The notes below the pieces were generated by a model. The model was not told the DNA's origin. It ran no database searches and saw nothing but the letters and a program-made list of their open reading frames with translations. Position numbers and translations under genes: made by a program. From a virus (lineage: Duplodnaviria > Caudoviricetes), in the IMG/VR virus record IMGVR_UViG_3300032269_000372, positions 1 to 43,511 of that record: a DNA stretch of 43,511 nt; one strand, 5' to 3'. This document shows, one piece after another, positions 9,735-18,156 of this stretch; within the stretch, counting starts at the first letter, position 1; each line of letters opens with the position of its first letter.

Positions 9735-10730
9735 TTAAGGCGTCGCCGGACCAACATAGGTCACGGTATCGATGCGTTTCCGAAGTTTTCCATAGTCGTC
9801 CGACGAGTCACCGTTGTACCCGAAGTTGCTGGCGTACATGCCGGTGCGGTCAGCCATGATTGATGCGGTAAGGCGCTGCATGAACAGTTCCCTGTACTTG
9901 CTGCTCGGCGTATCGCCAAACTCCTCGGCAATTGCAAGGCAGGATGCAACGATGGTTTCATAATGAGCGACGCCGCCAAGCGGGCTATCAGCATCGTTCG
10001 ACAGGCCATCCGGCGCAAGGCGCTGGCGCAACGTCAGCGACGTTGCTTGGTTTGCGAATGGATAGAAACGGAGGTAGAACGACTGTTCCGCCTGATCTCC
10101 TCCAACTGGCCAACTGCCAGCCTCAACTGAAAACACTTCTGGATAACCAATGTGTGTTGCAACTTGATTCTGTTCCAAGTTCAAGAGGTAGGCCGAATTT
10201 ACGTTTTTCAGTTTTCCGCGCCCGGTATCAATGCCGTTGTAGATATTGACATCAATACCGCTATCGACCATGCCTGCACGGTTCCAATAGAACGTTGCGG
10301 TCGTTGCCGTTGAAATATTGATCGTGCTATCGCGCAGGCGTACTTGTGTTCCGCCAACAACCGTTGAAATTTCGTAGTACCCACTAGTTGATGTGAACTT
10401 AATCACAGTGTACTTGTAGGTGGCATCTACGACATTTACGCCTCCGGAAAATGCAACAAGTCCATTGACCACCGTGCACGTCGCAGTAGTTGTCACCGGA
10501 GCCGGCAGATTGATAGTCGCGTGATATCGCAGAAACGACCACTGGTGCGAAGAAGTTTCGCCTGGGAGGATTGGCGGGAAATAGAACTGCCGAAGGCCGC
10601 GATTGATGATGCTCAACACATCACCCTGAAAAGCAGACGACATGCTGCTGAACACGGTTGTTCGACCGTATCCAAGGAACCGCTGAACTTCCGCCTTCAA
10701 CGTCGCAAGAGTGATCGTCAGAACGCTCAT
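9735..10730 (-). CDS. Putative head-tail adaptor / tail tubular protein (331 aa)
   Basis: N-terminal TLATLKAEVQRFLG...INRGLRQFY...HQWSFL and C-terminal LRFYP...HYETIVASCLA pattern typical of podovirus adaptors. Confidence 0.65.
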   Translation of the reverse strand: MSVLTITLATLKAEVQRFLGYGRTTVFSSMSSAFQGDVLSIINRGLRQFYFPPILPGETSSHQWSFLRYHATINLPAPVTTTATCTVVNGLVAFSGGVNVVDATYKYTVIKFTSTSGYYEISTVVGGTQVRLRDSTINISTATTATFYWNRAGMVDSGIDVNIYNGIDTGRGKLKNVNSAYLLNLEQNQVATHIGYPEVFSVEAGSWPVGGDQAEQSFYLRFYPFANQATSLTLRQRLAPDGLSNDADSPLGGVAHYETIVASCLAIAEEFGDTPSSKYRELFMQRLTASIMADRTGMYASNFGYNGDSSDDYGKLRKRIDTVTYVGPATP

Positions 10731-10731
10731 C

Positions 10732-10941
10732 TCACTGCTTCTTTCTGTTTGCCTTTGCGCTGATCACACGAAGGTTGCTACGTTTGTTGTTGTTGGGATT
10801 GCCGTCCTTGTGATCGACATGTTTGCCATCACCCTTGCGGACAGCACCATCGCGCTCAAGCGAGCGCCGCGCTGCATTACGCATAGCGCGTTCGCGCTTC
10901 ATGCGAGGACTGCTATGGTACTTTCGATATTCGTCGTTCAC
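10732..10941 (-). CDS. Small HNH endonuclease (69 aa)
   Basis: KGDGKHVDHKDGNPNNNKRSNLRVISAKANR contains the H-N-N motif. Confidence 0.85.
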   Translation of the reverse strand: MNDEYRKYHSSPRMKRERAMRNAARRSLERDGAVRKGDGKHVDHKDGNPNNNKRSNLRVISAKANRKKQ

Positions 10942-11240
10942 AGAAATACCCGGTAAGGGATGGTCGGAACTGGATTAAAAGTGGGCAGCAAATCAATCTG
11001 CGCTTCCGCAATGTCAATTGTAGCCCGAAGATTGACGTGGTAGCGGGAGTCGCCAGGGCGGACGATGATGCCTTTTTCGTCCATCTGCGCCGGGATCGTC
11101 CCGATGCGGTCAAGCGTGATCCCAGTCACGGGAAAAAGCGCAATCTCTCCCTCGCCAATGTTCTGCTCGACGATGATGCCAGCGGCTTCGAGCGCATCGT
11201 CCATCTGCGCCTCGGTGTTGGTACGGAGCATGAAATCCAT
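10938..11240 (-). CDS. Fibre-associated small protein (100 aa)
   Basis: LDRIGTI...YHVNLR...PTIPYRVF motif, immediately downstream of the fibre gene. Confidence 0.7.
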   Translation of the reverse strand: MDFMLRTNTEAQMDDALEAAGIIVEQNIGEGEIALFPVTGITLDRIGTIPAQMDEKGIIVRPGDSRYHVNLRATIDIAEAQIDLLPTFNPVPTIPYRVFL

Positions 11241-11244
11241 ATCT

Positions 11245-12972
11245 TTATCCTGTCGTTAGTGCATTCATTTCAGCCGATGACTTTGCAATCGGCCAAAACT
11301 TGACGGACTTAATTGCCATAGATGCGTATGCGGTGTCCGATGAATTGCTGTTGAACTCCAAACTTGTTGCATCCGATGTCGGTCCTGTGTTTGATCTACT
11401 TGATACAACAGACGATCCATTCAGAGAAACAACCATCGCAGCCGTGGTGCTATTTGCATTGAGAGAAAATCCAAACGCGTAATTCTGAACCAACGTGTTT
11501 GTTCTAGTGTTTTCTCCAATTATGTTATCGCCCACATTTCTTGAAGTTCCAAAGAACGTAACGCCATCAACTGGCATTCCCATTGGTTCGGTTGAGCCAT
11601 TAAACCGAAGTGTTCTTGAATATGCACCGACAGTACCCTCTTTGTACTGAAAGCCACGGATAACAAACGCGCCTTGATATTTATCAAAGCCAAGCGAAGA
11701 AATGTTGCTCATCGTCACAACATCTTGCGCCCTAAACCCCGTGCTTGCCCCGGTCGGGATGTACGAGGATGCGCCGGAGCCTGATTCCAGTTGGAACCCG
11801 TAGACGTAGAACGTGTCTCCGGTTGTGACAATGCCAACTGATATGAAATAGACATAAACCTGCGTGGTTGTTGCGGGCAACGTGTAAGTCTGCGTCAGCC
11901 TCGTCCATCCCGTGTTGTTGTATGTTCCAGTCGTTGAAGTTGCAGTAATGTCGCCAATAGTTCCGTTTAGTGCGTATAGGCGCGGAGTATGGCCAACTGG
12001 TCCACGAATCCAATACGACACCGTATAGGTGTTGCCGCCAGTTAGTCCGGTGATTGATGTTGCAAACGATGCGTAATTTGTCGCCGCTCCGCAAACTAGT
12101 TTTGTCGCGTTGTTTGTGCCATCTGGGGAAACAATGTCGGTTGTGTTGTTAGTTGGTGTTCTAAAATTTCCAACAGTCCAAACAGATGTCGACCCGTTGC
12201 TTTGAGTCGCTAGATTCGTCGCGCTTCCCTCAATCAGCAGTCCGCGAGGAGTTTGCGCGGTGAAGTCGTAGTCGAAGCGAGGGGTGTTGAAGTTGCCTAC
12301 TGAAGTGCTTGAGTTTTGCAAATATGGCTGTAGTGTCGTGCCGCGATTCATCTGCGGTTGAGTAATTGTCATTGCGGTATTTGTCATACCACCCTGAACT
12401 CCCGGTCCCATGCGTGGAGGGACTGGTGATGCAGTCGGAGTGAATGTGCAAGACACAATATCACCAGCAACAACCACGGTCGATGATGGTTGAGTCACCC
12501 CATTGATTGCATATGTTTCTCCAGCAACAGTTGAGTGAATTACATTTCCAACTGTTGGAGAACCACTTACTGATACAACCCGATATCCAAACGTATGTGG
12601 AATTCCAACTGCTACCGTCATGGAACTTGCATTAATCATCGGGCGTGTAGATGATGGGCCTGTATCCATCGTCACAGTCCCATTGTTGTTCCACGTTGTT
12701 GTTCCGGTTCCGAATCCGATATTCCATCCTGTCGGTGTCGTAGATGTAATCCACAAAGTATTGAGAAACTCATTTGCAGCCGCATACTGCACCAACCCCT
12801 GCGAGTTGATGAAGGTGGCGTTGGTGCTGCGCGTGAACGTGAGGCTCGGATCAAGGACACCTGTGGTGAAATCAAACGACAGCGTGGAGCCATCGCCATC
12901 TACATATCCAAGCAAAGCCGACGACGCGTTTCCACGAATTCTTGGACGATTAAATCTCGGGAATCGTTGCAT
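11245..12972 (-). CDS. Fibre/spike protein with carbohydrate-binding-like beta-sandwich modules (575 aa)
   Basis: Scaffold motifs LTFTRSTNATF, PRFDYD...RGLLIEGSATNL and QLESGSGASSYIPT; Thr/Ser/Gly-rich. Confidence 0.8.
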   Translation of the reverse strand: MQRFPRFNRPRIRGNASSALLGYVDGDGSTLSFDFTTGVLDPSLTFTRSTNATFINSQGLVQYAAANEFLNTLWITSTTPTGWNIGFGTGTTTWNNNGTVTMDTGPSSTRPMINASSMTVAVGIPHTFGYRVVSVSGSPTVGNVIHSTVAGETYAINGVTQPSSTVVVAGDIVSCTFTPTASPVPPRMGPGVQGGMTNTAMTITQPQMNRGTTLQPYLQNSSTSVGNFNTPRFDYDFTAQTPRGLLIEGSATNLATQSNGSTSVWTVGNFRTPTNNTTDIVSPDGTNNATKLVCGAATNYASFATSITGLTGGNTYTVSYWIRGPVGHTPRLYALNGTIGDITATSTTGTYNNTGWTRLTQTYTLPATTTQVYVYFISVGIVTTGDTFYVYGFQLESGSGASSYIPTGASTGFRAQDVVTMSNISSLGFDKYQGAFVIRGFQYKEGTVGAYSRTLRFNGSTEPMGMPVDGVTFFGTSRNVGDNIIGENTRTNTLVQNYAFGFSLNANSTTAAMVVSLNGSSVVSSRSNTGPTSDATSLEFNSNSSDTAYASMAIKSVKFWPIAKSSAEMNALTTG

Positions 12973-12975
12973 GGC

Positions 12976-13521
12976 TTAAATTGGTGACCACATAATTCCG
13001 CCAGTTGCCGTACCAGCAGATTCTTTAGTCTGAACCGTAACAATCTGACTTCCAGCAACATCAAAAAGCGCCGCACATGGCTCAACAAACGATGACGTAT
13101 TTGTGCGAGGCGAATACAGATTTGCCGTTGGAGTTGCGGCGTTCTGAGTGATTCCACTAAACAGATAGAACGTGGTGCCATCAATAGATGCGCTCGGGAC
13201 CGATCCGCTAGCGCTAGTAAACAGCAGTGTAAAGTCCGCAAGGACGTTCGGGATCCACAGACTGCTACCGTCTGCCTGGGTGTATGCGTTCCATCCAAGA
13301 AACCGAACACCAATCGTTGATCCGCTGTTCGCGTTCATGAACGGCGTGAACTTGATCAGGCTAATGAGTTCGTTGTTCGATGCAGTGTCGTACACAACTT
13401 GCGTCACGGGACGAGTCGTCGAAGCCGTACTGACTCCCGCTCCAGTCGCATATGACGCGGGGAATGCAGTGGATACCTTGCTGTATCCGCGCTGTTGAGT
13501 TGCGATAATCGTGCTTCCCAT
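12976..13521 (-). CDS. Virion structural protein (181 aa)
   Basis: AAGGA RBS; Ser/Thr/Gly-rich beta protein in the structural operon. Confidence 0.7.
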   Translation of the reverse strand: MGSTIIATQQRGYSKVSTAFPASYATGAGVSTASTTRPVTQVVYDTASNNELISLIKFTPFMNANSGSTIGVRFLGWNAYTQADGSSLWIPNVLADFTLLFTSASGSVPSASIDGTTFYLFSGITQNAATPTANLYSPRTNTSSFVEPCAALFDVAGSQIVTVQTKESAGTATGGIMWSPI

Positions 13522-13543
13522 GTGTCTTCCTTTATCTTGCGCG

Positions 13544-13807
13544 TCAGCAATTCCAGGCGCGCAGTGATTTATTGATTCGTGAGTTTGGATCGTTCGCCGT
13601 TTTGGCGCTGGTCAGTTTACGCTTCATTCCCTGCATTCGAGCGCAGAAACTCTTGCGTCTGGACGCGTCAGCGTTTGTTTTTGGATTTGGAGCCGGAGGC
13701 TTTAGATTGCCGCCAGTTGCCTTGTTGTAGGACGCCCTGCCGGCGGCGTTCAAGCCGCCAGCAGGATTCTTTCCTTCAGCACGTTGCCACGCCGGGGTTT
13801 TAGCCAC
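13544..13807 (-). CDS. Small basic conserved phage protein (DUF6321-like)
   Basis: GGLNAAGRASYN...RRKSFCARMQG...SRINKSLRAWNC signature; family name recalled, not searched. Confidence 0.75.
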   Translation of the reverse strand: MAKTPAWQRAEGKNPAGGLNAAGRASYNKATGGNLKPPAPNPKTNADASRRKSFCARMQGMKRKLTSAKTANDPNSRINKSLRAWNC

Positions 13808-13844
13808 AGCCGCACTTGCCTTTCTTCTTCCGTTTGGAAGCCAT
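13800..13844 (-). CDS. Possible 14-aa basic micropeptide MASKRKKKGKCGCG
   Basis: TGATG coupling upstream; overlaps the GTG start of the next gene; not in the ORF track. Confidence 0.4.
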   Translation of the reverse strand: MASKRKKKGKCGCG

Positions 13845-13954
13845 CAATAGCCCTTTGCCTTCTTGATCGTCTTTCCGGTCTTCTTGGCGTAGGACATGGC
13901 TTCCTTCTTGCCTTGCTTGGTGTACGGGAACGACTTCTTTCCTACCTTCGGCAT
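13844..13954 (-). CDS. 36-aa Lys-rich protein MPKVGKKSFPYTKQGKKEAMSYAKKTGKTIKKAKGY
   Basis: Hand translation; starts 1 nt after the upstream stop. Confidence 0.75.
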   Translation of the reverse strand: MPKVGKKSFPYTKQGKKEAMSYAKKTGKTIKKAKGY

Positions 13955-13955
13955 G

Positions 13956-14093
13956 TTATCCCTTTCGCTTGGACTTCTTTGCCACCATCTTCGGGAGACT
14001 CTTCATGTTGGGAGTCTCCTTAGCCCACTTCTTGGCAGTCTTGGGCATGTTGGCGAACATGAAACCCTGCTGCGCCTTGCTCTTGAAAGGCAT
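13956..14093 (-). CDS. 45-aa Lys-rich protein MPFKSKAQQGFMFANMPKTAKKWAKETP...
   Basis: Hand translation; TAATG coupling; MPFKSKAQ-type small phage protein. Confidence 0.8.
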   Translation of the reverse strand: MPFKSKAQQGFMFANMPKTAKKWAKETPNMKSLPKMVAKKSKRKG

Positions 14094-14251
14094 TAGTAAA
14101 TGTCCTTCTTCATCTTTCCAGCAACGATGTCTTTCGTCTTCATCTTTTTTTCGGACATGCGAGTTGCCGCAGACTCAGACTTTTCATGCTTCTTCATGGC
14201 CGACATAGACGGGTAGTACTCCGCCTTCATGCTCTTCTTCTTCTTCTTCAT
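14093..14251 (-). CDS. 52-aa Lys/Met-rich protein
   Basis: MKKKKKSMKAEYYPSMSAMKKHEKSE...; TAATG-coupled on both sides. Confidence 0.75.
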   Translation of the reverse strand: MKKKKKSMKAEYYPSMSAMKKHEKSESAATRMSEKKMKTKDIVAGKMKKDIY

Positions 14252-14367
14252 TAGATCTTCCCCTTCTTGGAAAGGTAAACGCCGGCACCAAATCCAATGG
14301 CGGCGGTCAGTAGTGCGAACCAAATGTTCCCGAGGAACGACGAGACTCCATCAGCCAGCAGGTGCAT
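14251..14367 (-). CDS. 38-aa single-TM protein MHLLADGVSSFLGNIWFALLTAAIGFGAGVYLSKKGKI
   Basis: Hand translation; AAGGA RBS; one hydrophobic helix with a basic tail. Confidence 0.7.
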   Translation of the reverse strand: MHLLADGVSSFLGNIWFALLTAAIGFGAGVYLSKKGKI

Positions 14368-14878
14368 TTTGCTTCCTTTTCTTCAAACGCCGCCACGCTG
14401 CGTCAAACTCTGGATCTGATGCACGCCGCGCGGCGACATATTCGCGTGCATTTTCAGGGTCGGAAGGATCGAGCATGCCAGTAGCAAGTTCTGCGTCAAC
14501 GATCTTACGTCGCGGGATCCACCCAATAGCAATCCGTATGGCTGTGCCAATACCAGTTTGCCAAAGGATGATGACCACAGCAACCGAGACCACAGCGATT
14601 GCAATCCACCCAACGGTTGATAGCCATGCCGGCACTCGGTCTTCTGCCCCTGGTAGTTGCTCATGTATGTTTGCAGCAAGTTCGTCAATGCGCAATGCCG
14701 CATCGACAACCGTCTTGTCACCCGTCTGTTGCCCATGACTAGCAAGAAGTTGTGCTTCACTTCTGATGTCATTGGCGTGTTCCGAGATTCTCTGGGTTGC
14801 AGAACACCCCGAGAGAATGAAGACGTTAGTTACGAGCAACCTCAATTTTGTTTTCAATCTTGTCGAGGCGCTTTCCAT
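14351..14878 (-). CDS. Lipoprotein with an internal TM helix (spanin-like candidate); start uncertain
   Basis: Lipobox-like ILSG-C, short helical segment, then TM WLSTVGWIAIAVVSVAVVIILW. Confidence 0.6.
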   Translation of the reverse strand: MESASTRLKTKLRLLVTNVFILSGCSATQRISEHANDIRSEAQLLASHGQQTGDKTVVDAALRIDELAANIHEQLPGAEDRVPAWLSTVGWIAIAVVSVAVVIILWQTGIGTAIRIAIGWIPRRKIVDAELATGMLDPSDPENAREYVAARRASDPEFDAAWRRLKKRKQNAPAG

Positions 14879-15032
14879 TCATTTCCTGCTGCGTGATCAA
14901 TTGCGTCAAAAGACGATCATGATGCACGAATGACCCAATCATGATTGATAGCACCGTAAGCGTGATGCCAATGATTGGAACCCAGTCCTTGATGGACAAA
15001 CGAACAAGCATGGTGCTATTTTCAAGCGTCAT
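14826..15032 (-). CDS. 68-aa TM plus coiled-coil protein (holin/lysis-like candidate)
   Basis: AAGGA RBS; WVPIIGITLTVLSIMIGSFV TM followed by a coiled coil. Confidence 0.6.
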   Translation of the reverse strand: MTLENSTMLVRLSIKDWVPIIGITLTVLSIMIGSFVHHDRLLTQLITQQEMNGKRLDKIENKIEVARN

Positions 15033-15047
15033 GTATTGATCCTTCAC

Positions 15048-15086
15048 TCCTGGGGCGGGTTTCCGTCGTTGGAACCCGCCCCAGGA
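15048..15086. other. Strong GC-rich hairpin after the capsid/decoration genes (TCCTGGGGCGGGTT...AACCCGCCCCAGGA)
   Basis: 14-bp inverted repeat; no U-tract 3' of the stem in either direction, so more likely a stabilising, pausing or processing stem than a classic terminator. Confidence 0.65.
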
Positions 15087-15103
15087 AAAGATGGAAAGAT
15101 GGC

Positions 15104-15784
15104 TTACCGGTTCCACGTCAGGTGGAAGTAATCCACCGTGCAGCCTTGCTGAACCGCAGAGGCATTGCTAAACGACTCGAACATCACAGTCGTCGGAACG
15201 GTCGTGGAAGTGGTGACATAGGCGCCATCCACATACCAATCAATCGACGTAGTTCCCTTGACCACGAATCCGAGACGACGCAGGGTTCCGGCGGTATTGC
15301 CGGTTGCCAGGGCCACAGTTCCCGTAGCAGCGCTGCCGAAGACGCCATTGATTGCGCCAGCAACAAACGCAAAACCAATGCACGAACGAGTTGCATCCGG
15401 AACGCCCGCAACGGTGATTGGAGCAACGGTTGCGCTGCTTGACAGACCTGCAAACTGAGCGCAACTTGCCGTCGTCACATCGGTGACGGCAATGCTCATT
15501 TCGCAGTAAATATTGCGGCCCGCAGCAGCCTGAGCAACCGGAGCCGTGGTCACGACACCGAAAGCAGCAGGGGTAGCGTTGGACGCAATAACCAGCGCGC
15601 CACCAACAACCGTAGCGGACTTCGACACTGCCGGAGAACCAGTCAGCGTGAAGGTGTGAGCAGTGACAGGAGACTCGTTGACGAACTCCTGGTGAACAAC
15701 GAACGCGTTGTTGGGAGACAGAAGTGCGTCGCCGGTCGTCGCATTACCAAGGGATGCTCCCTTGTACTTGGTGAGAATCTGCAT
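15104..15784 (-). CDS. Capsid decoration/minor capsid protein (226 aa)
   Basis: Directly downstream of the MCP; AAGGA RBS; Ala/Thr-rich beta protein. Confidence 0.7.
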   Translation of the reverse strand: MQILTKYKGASLGNATTGDALLSPNNAFVVHQEFVNESPVTAHTFTLTGSPAVSKSATVVGGALVIASNATPAAFGVVTTAPVAQAAAGRNIYCEMSIAVTDVTTASCAQFAGLSSSATVAPITVAGVPDATRSCIGFAFVAGAINGVFGSAATGTVALATGNTAGTLRRLGFVVKGTTSIDWYVDGAYVTTSTTVPTTVMFESFSNASAVQQGCTVDYFHLTWNR

Positions 15785-15809
15785 TGTGTGTTTTCCTTTC
15801 TATGAGAAA

Positions 15810-16868
15810 TCAGAATGCGGACGAACCGGTTCCGAGCACAAAATGCGCGCGGCGGTTGGTGCACATCAGATTCAGGGTCGTATCGACGTGCGTGACGAAC
15901 ACGGTGTGCTGCGCGGAAGCCGGGGTCGGACCTTCTTCGCGCATGTATTCGCCAGCAAGGAATGCTGGCTTGAGGGCACCCCAGTTGATGCCATACACCG
16001 GATTGGCAGTGTTGGCTTCGAGGTAGGGAACCCAGGTCACCGGCACCTGACGGAACAGAAGGCGGCCATCCTTGGAAGCAACATCGTTTCCAAGGTTGTC
16101 GTTCTGCGCTTCCAGAGCCTCTTCCAGCGGGCCAATCACGTTGTAATTGGTGTAGTAACCGTAGTTGTTACCCGTTTGGTAAGAGGGCGACGGAACCGGC
16201 GCCTTGAAGTTGGTGAACGTAGCAGCGCGACGCCACTTGCGGACGAGATCCGTGGAGGTAATCGCGGTGTAGGTGCATGCCCAGTTCGACCACGCCGGAT
16301 AGGTCGTAGACGAAAGATTGCCTGCTCCGGCAGAAAAACCCGCCGGATTCGCACCTTCAAAAGCGCCGTTTGCTGCAGTGGTCGTACCGGGATAGCAAAT
16401 CCAGTACGGAATGCCATACATCTGAGCGCTATCAGTGGACGATGCCGGCTTGTTCCAGAAACGCGCTTCGAGATGCTTAGCAAGGTCAATCATTGCGTCA
16501 TTACGACGGATACGAACAAGATCGACGATCTCAGCCGGAGCGCGATTCATTGCCACTTCACGACGCTCAATGGCGTAGTTAGTGGTCACATGGCGCCACG
16601 GGATGTTGGCGTTCTGCATCACATCGGACACGTTCACCGAGTCCGTTGCGTACAGTTCGGTGTCCTTTGCAGCACCGCTGGTGGCAACGGCGACGTTCCA
16701 CTGGATGCCGTAGCCGCTCTGGAACGAAACCTTCTCGCGCTGGAGAATCATCGGAAGAGCGATGTACTCCTGAAGGCTGTACGAAATGTCAGTCCACTTC
16801 ATTCGACCAAGATCGCGCTGCGTCGTCTTGATCATGTCTGCAATGTCATCTGCCTGAAGATAGGCCAT
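15810..16868 (-). CDS. Major capsid protein (352 aa)
   Basis: AGGAGG RBS, strong codon bias, follows the scaffold; size and C-terminal NLMCTNRRAHFVL fit an HK97-fold capsid. Confidence 0.85.
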   Translation of the reverse strand: MAYLQADDIADMIKTTQRDLGRMKWTDISYSLQEYIALPMILQREKVSFQSGYGIQWNVAVATSGAAKDTELYATDSVNVSDVMQNANIPWRHVTTNYAIERREVAMNRAPAEIVDLVRIRRNDAMIDLAKHLEARFWNKPASSTDSAQMYGIPYWICYPGTTTAANGAFEGANPAGFSAGAGNLSSTTYPAWSNWACTYTAITSTDLVRKWRRAATFTNFKAPVPSPSYQTGNNYGYYTNYNVIGPLEEALEAQNDNLGNDVASKDGRLLFRQVPVTWVPYLEANTANPVYGINWGALKPAFLAGEYMREEGPTPASAQHTVFVTHVDTTLNLMCTNRRAHFVLGTGSSAF

Positions 16869-16889
16869 TTTAATGCCTCCTATTGTTTG

Positions 16890-17801
16890 TTACGAGCCAG
16901 ACATACGATCACGCATCATGGATGCGACGTTTGCAATTGCCTTTTCACGACCGGAAACAGGGCGCTTGCCATTGCTTGTCGGACGTGCGATCAACTGCGA
17001 CTCACGCTGCTTTACCTTTGATGCGAGTTGCCTCTGCTCAACCTGTTTGACTTTGCCGCCGAAAACACTTCGGACGGCCTGATCGAACGCTTCGGCTGCA
17101 TCAGGAGCGCGCTTCTTTGCGCTCTTTGCTGCTTCACGAATGCGTTGCATTTCCGAAACGACGCTCGCGCGAGCCTTGTAGTGTTCGGACCGTGACGACA
17201 ACGAGGAGGAAGGGCCTTCGCCAAACACATCGGCGAAGTCCTCTCCCAACTTTGCAATCATGTAGTCCGCCTCTTCAACACGCGCAGTCGGGGCAGAGCG
17301 CTCGACCGATGAAGACTTCATTCGGTCAAGTTCTGCCTTCAGCGCCTTGATTGCCTTGATTGCAGACGGATCGATTGCATCGTCTTCATCAAGCGCTCCA
17401 AGCGCCTCGTACTCGGAACTTGGGTTTGCACCCGCATCAGGCTTGCGCCTGGATTGTTCGTCGTCGGTCGTTTCGACCGATGCCTGGCGCTGCAACGCAG
17501 CAATGACGCTGCGGAGCGCTCCGGTGTCCTTGAGTTGCGCAATCTCATCATCGTGCATGCCAAGATCCTTGGCCTTCGATGCGAGTTCGCGAAGAACGCC
17601 CGAGTCACTTTCATCAAGGACTTCGGGAGAGTCCGGCGCGCCGGACTTCGGGGTATTGGGGATAACGTCGTAATAGGACGAATCAGGCTCGTCAAAATCA
17701 AGCGGATCAGGCCGCTTGGTATCGGCAAGTTGGTCGCGCGTCGGGAACGCTTCCTGTTCCGTCGTCGGCTCGGGCATGAATTCGTCGTCGTTAGTCGCCA
17801 T
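16890..17801 (-). CDS. Scaffolding protein (303 aa)
   Basis: Acidic disordered N-terminus, helical middle, basic C-terminus; located between portal and MCP. Confidence 0.75.
   Translation of the reverse strand: MATNDDEFMPEPTTEQEAFPTRDQLADTKRPDPLDFDEPDSSYYDVIPNTPKSGAPDSPEVLDESDSGVLRELASKAKDLGMHDDEIAQLKDTGALRSVIAALQRQASVETTDDEQSRRKPDAGANPSSEYEALGALDEDDAIDPSAIKAIKALKAELDRMKSSSVERSAPTARVEEADYMIAKLGEDFADVFGEGPSSSLSSRSEHYKARASVVSEMQRIREAAKSAKKRAPDAAEAFDQAVRSVFGGKVKQVEQRQLASKVKQRESQLIARPTSNGKRPVSGREKAIANVASMMRDRMSGS
17631..17646. repeat. 16-bp palindrome copy 3 (in the scaffold gene, SGAPD)
   Basis: Exact match. Confidence 0.97.
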
Positions 17802-18156
17802 ATCCGCCGTTCCTATCGTGGAACCCATGTGCTGCAAGATACCGCTTGCGATGGATTCGGTCAGTAAAAATTGCTTGGCCAGTTCGCTGGTCAAACTGTG
17901 TCGGCACTCCCTTTGCAACGGAGTGCTGGTATGCGTCTCCCACCTGACTGGGGTGAACCCCGCAGGCGTCGGATTTCATGGGCCAAGATGCGCAACCGCT
18001 GGAAGCGGGAGCATGTTCGGCGACCATGTTTCGCTGCAATTTCTTACCTTCGTGGTCAATGAAGCCATCGATTTCCCGCCGTTCCATCTCGGAAACGGAC
18101 ATGGTGATCTCGTGGCTCTCGCCGCTTTCGGTGTCCTGATAGATGTAGGTAGGCAT
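17791..18156 (-). CDS. FmdB-like (MPTYxY) small protein, 121 aa
   Basis: MPTYIYQD...HEITMSVSE N-terminus; the usual CxxC pairs are absent; such genes often follow portals. Confidence 0.65.
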   Translation of the reverse strand: MPTYIYQDTESGESHEITMSVSEMERREIDGFIDHEGKKLQRNMVAEHAPASSGCASWPMKSDACGVHPSQVGDAYQHSVAKGVPTQFDQRTGQAIFTDRIHRKRYLAAHGFHDRNGGYGD

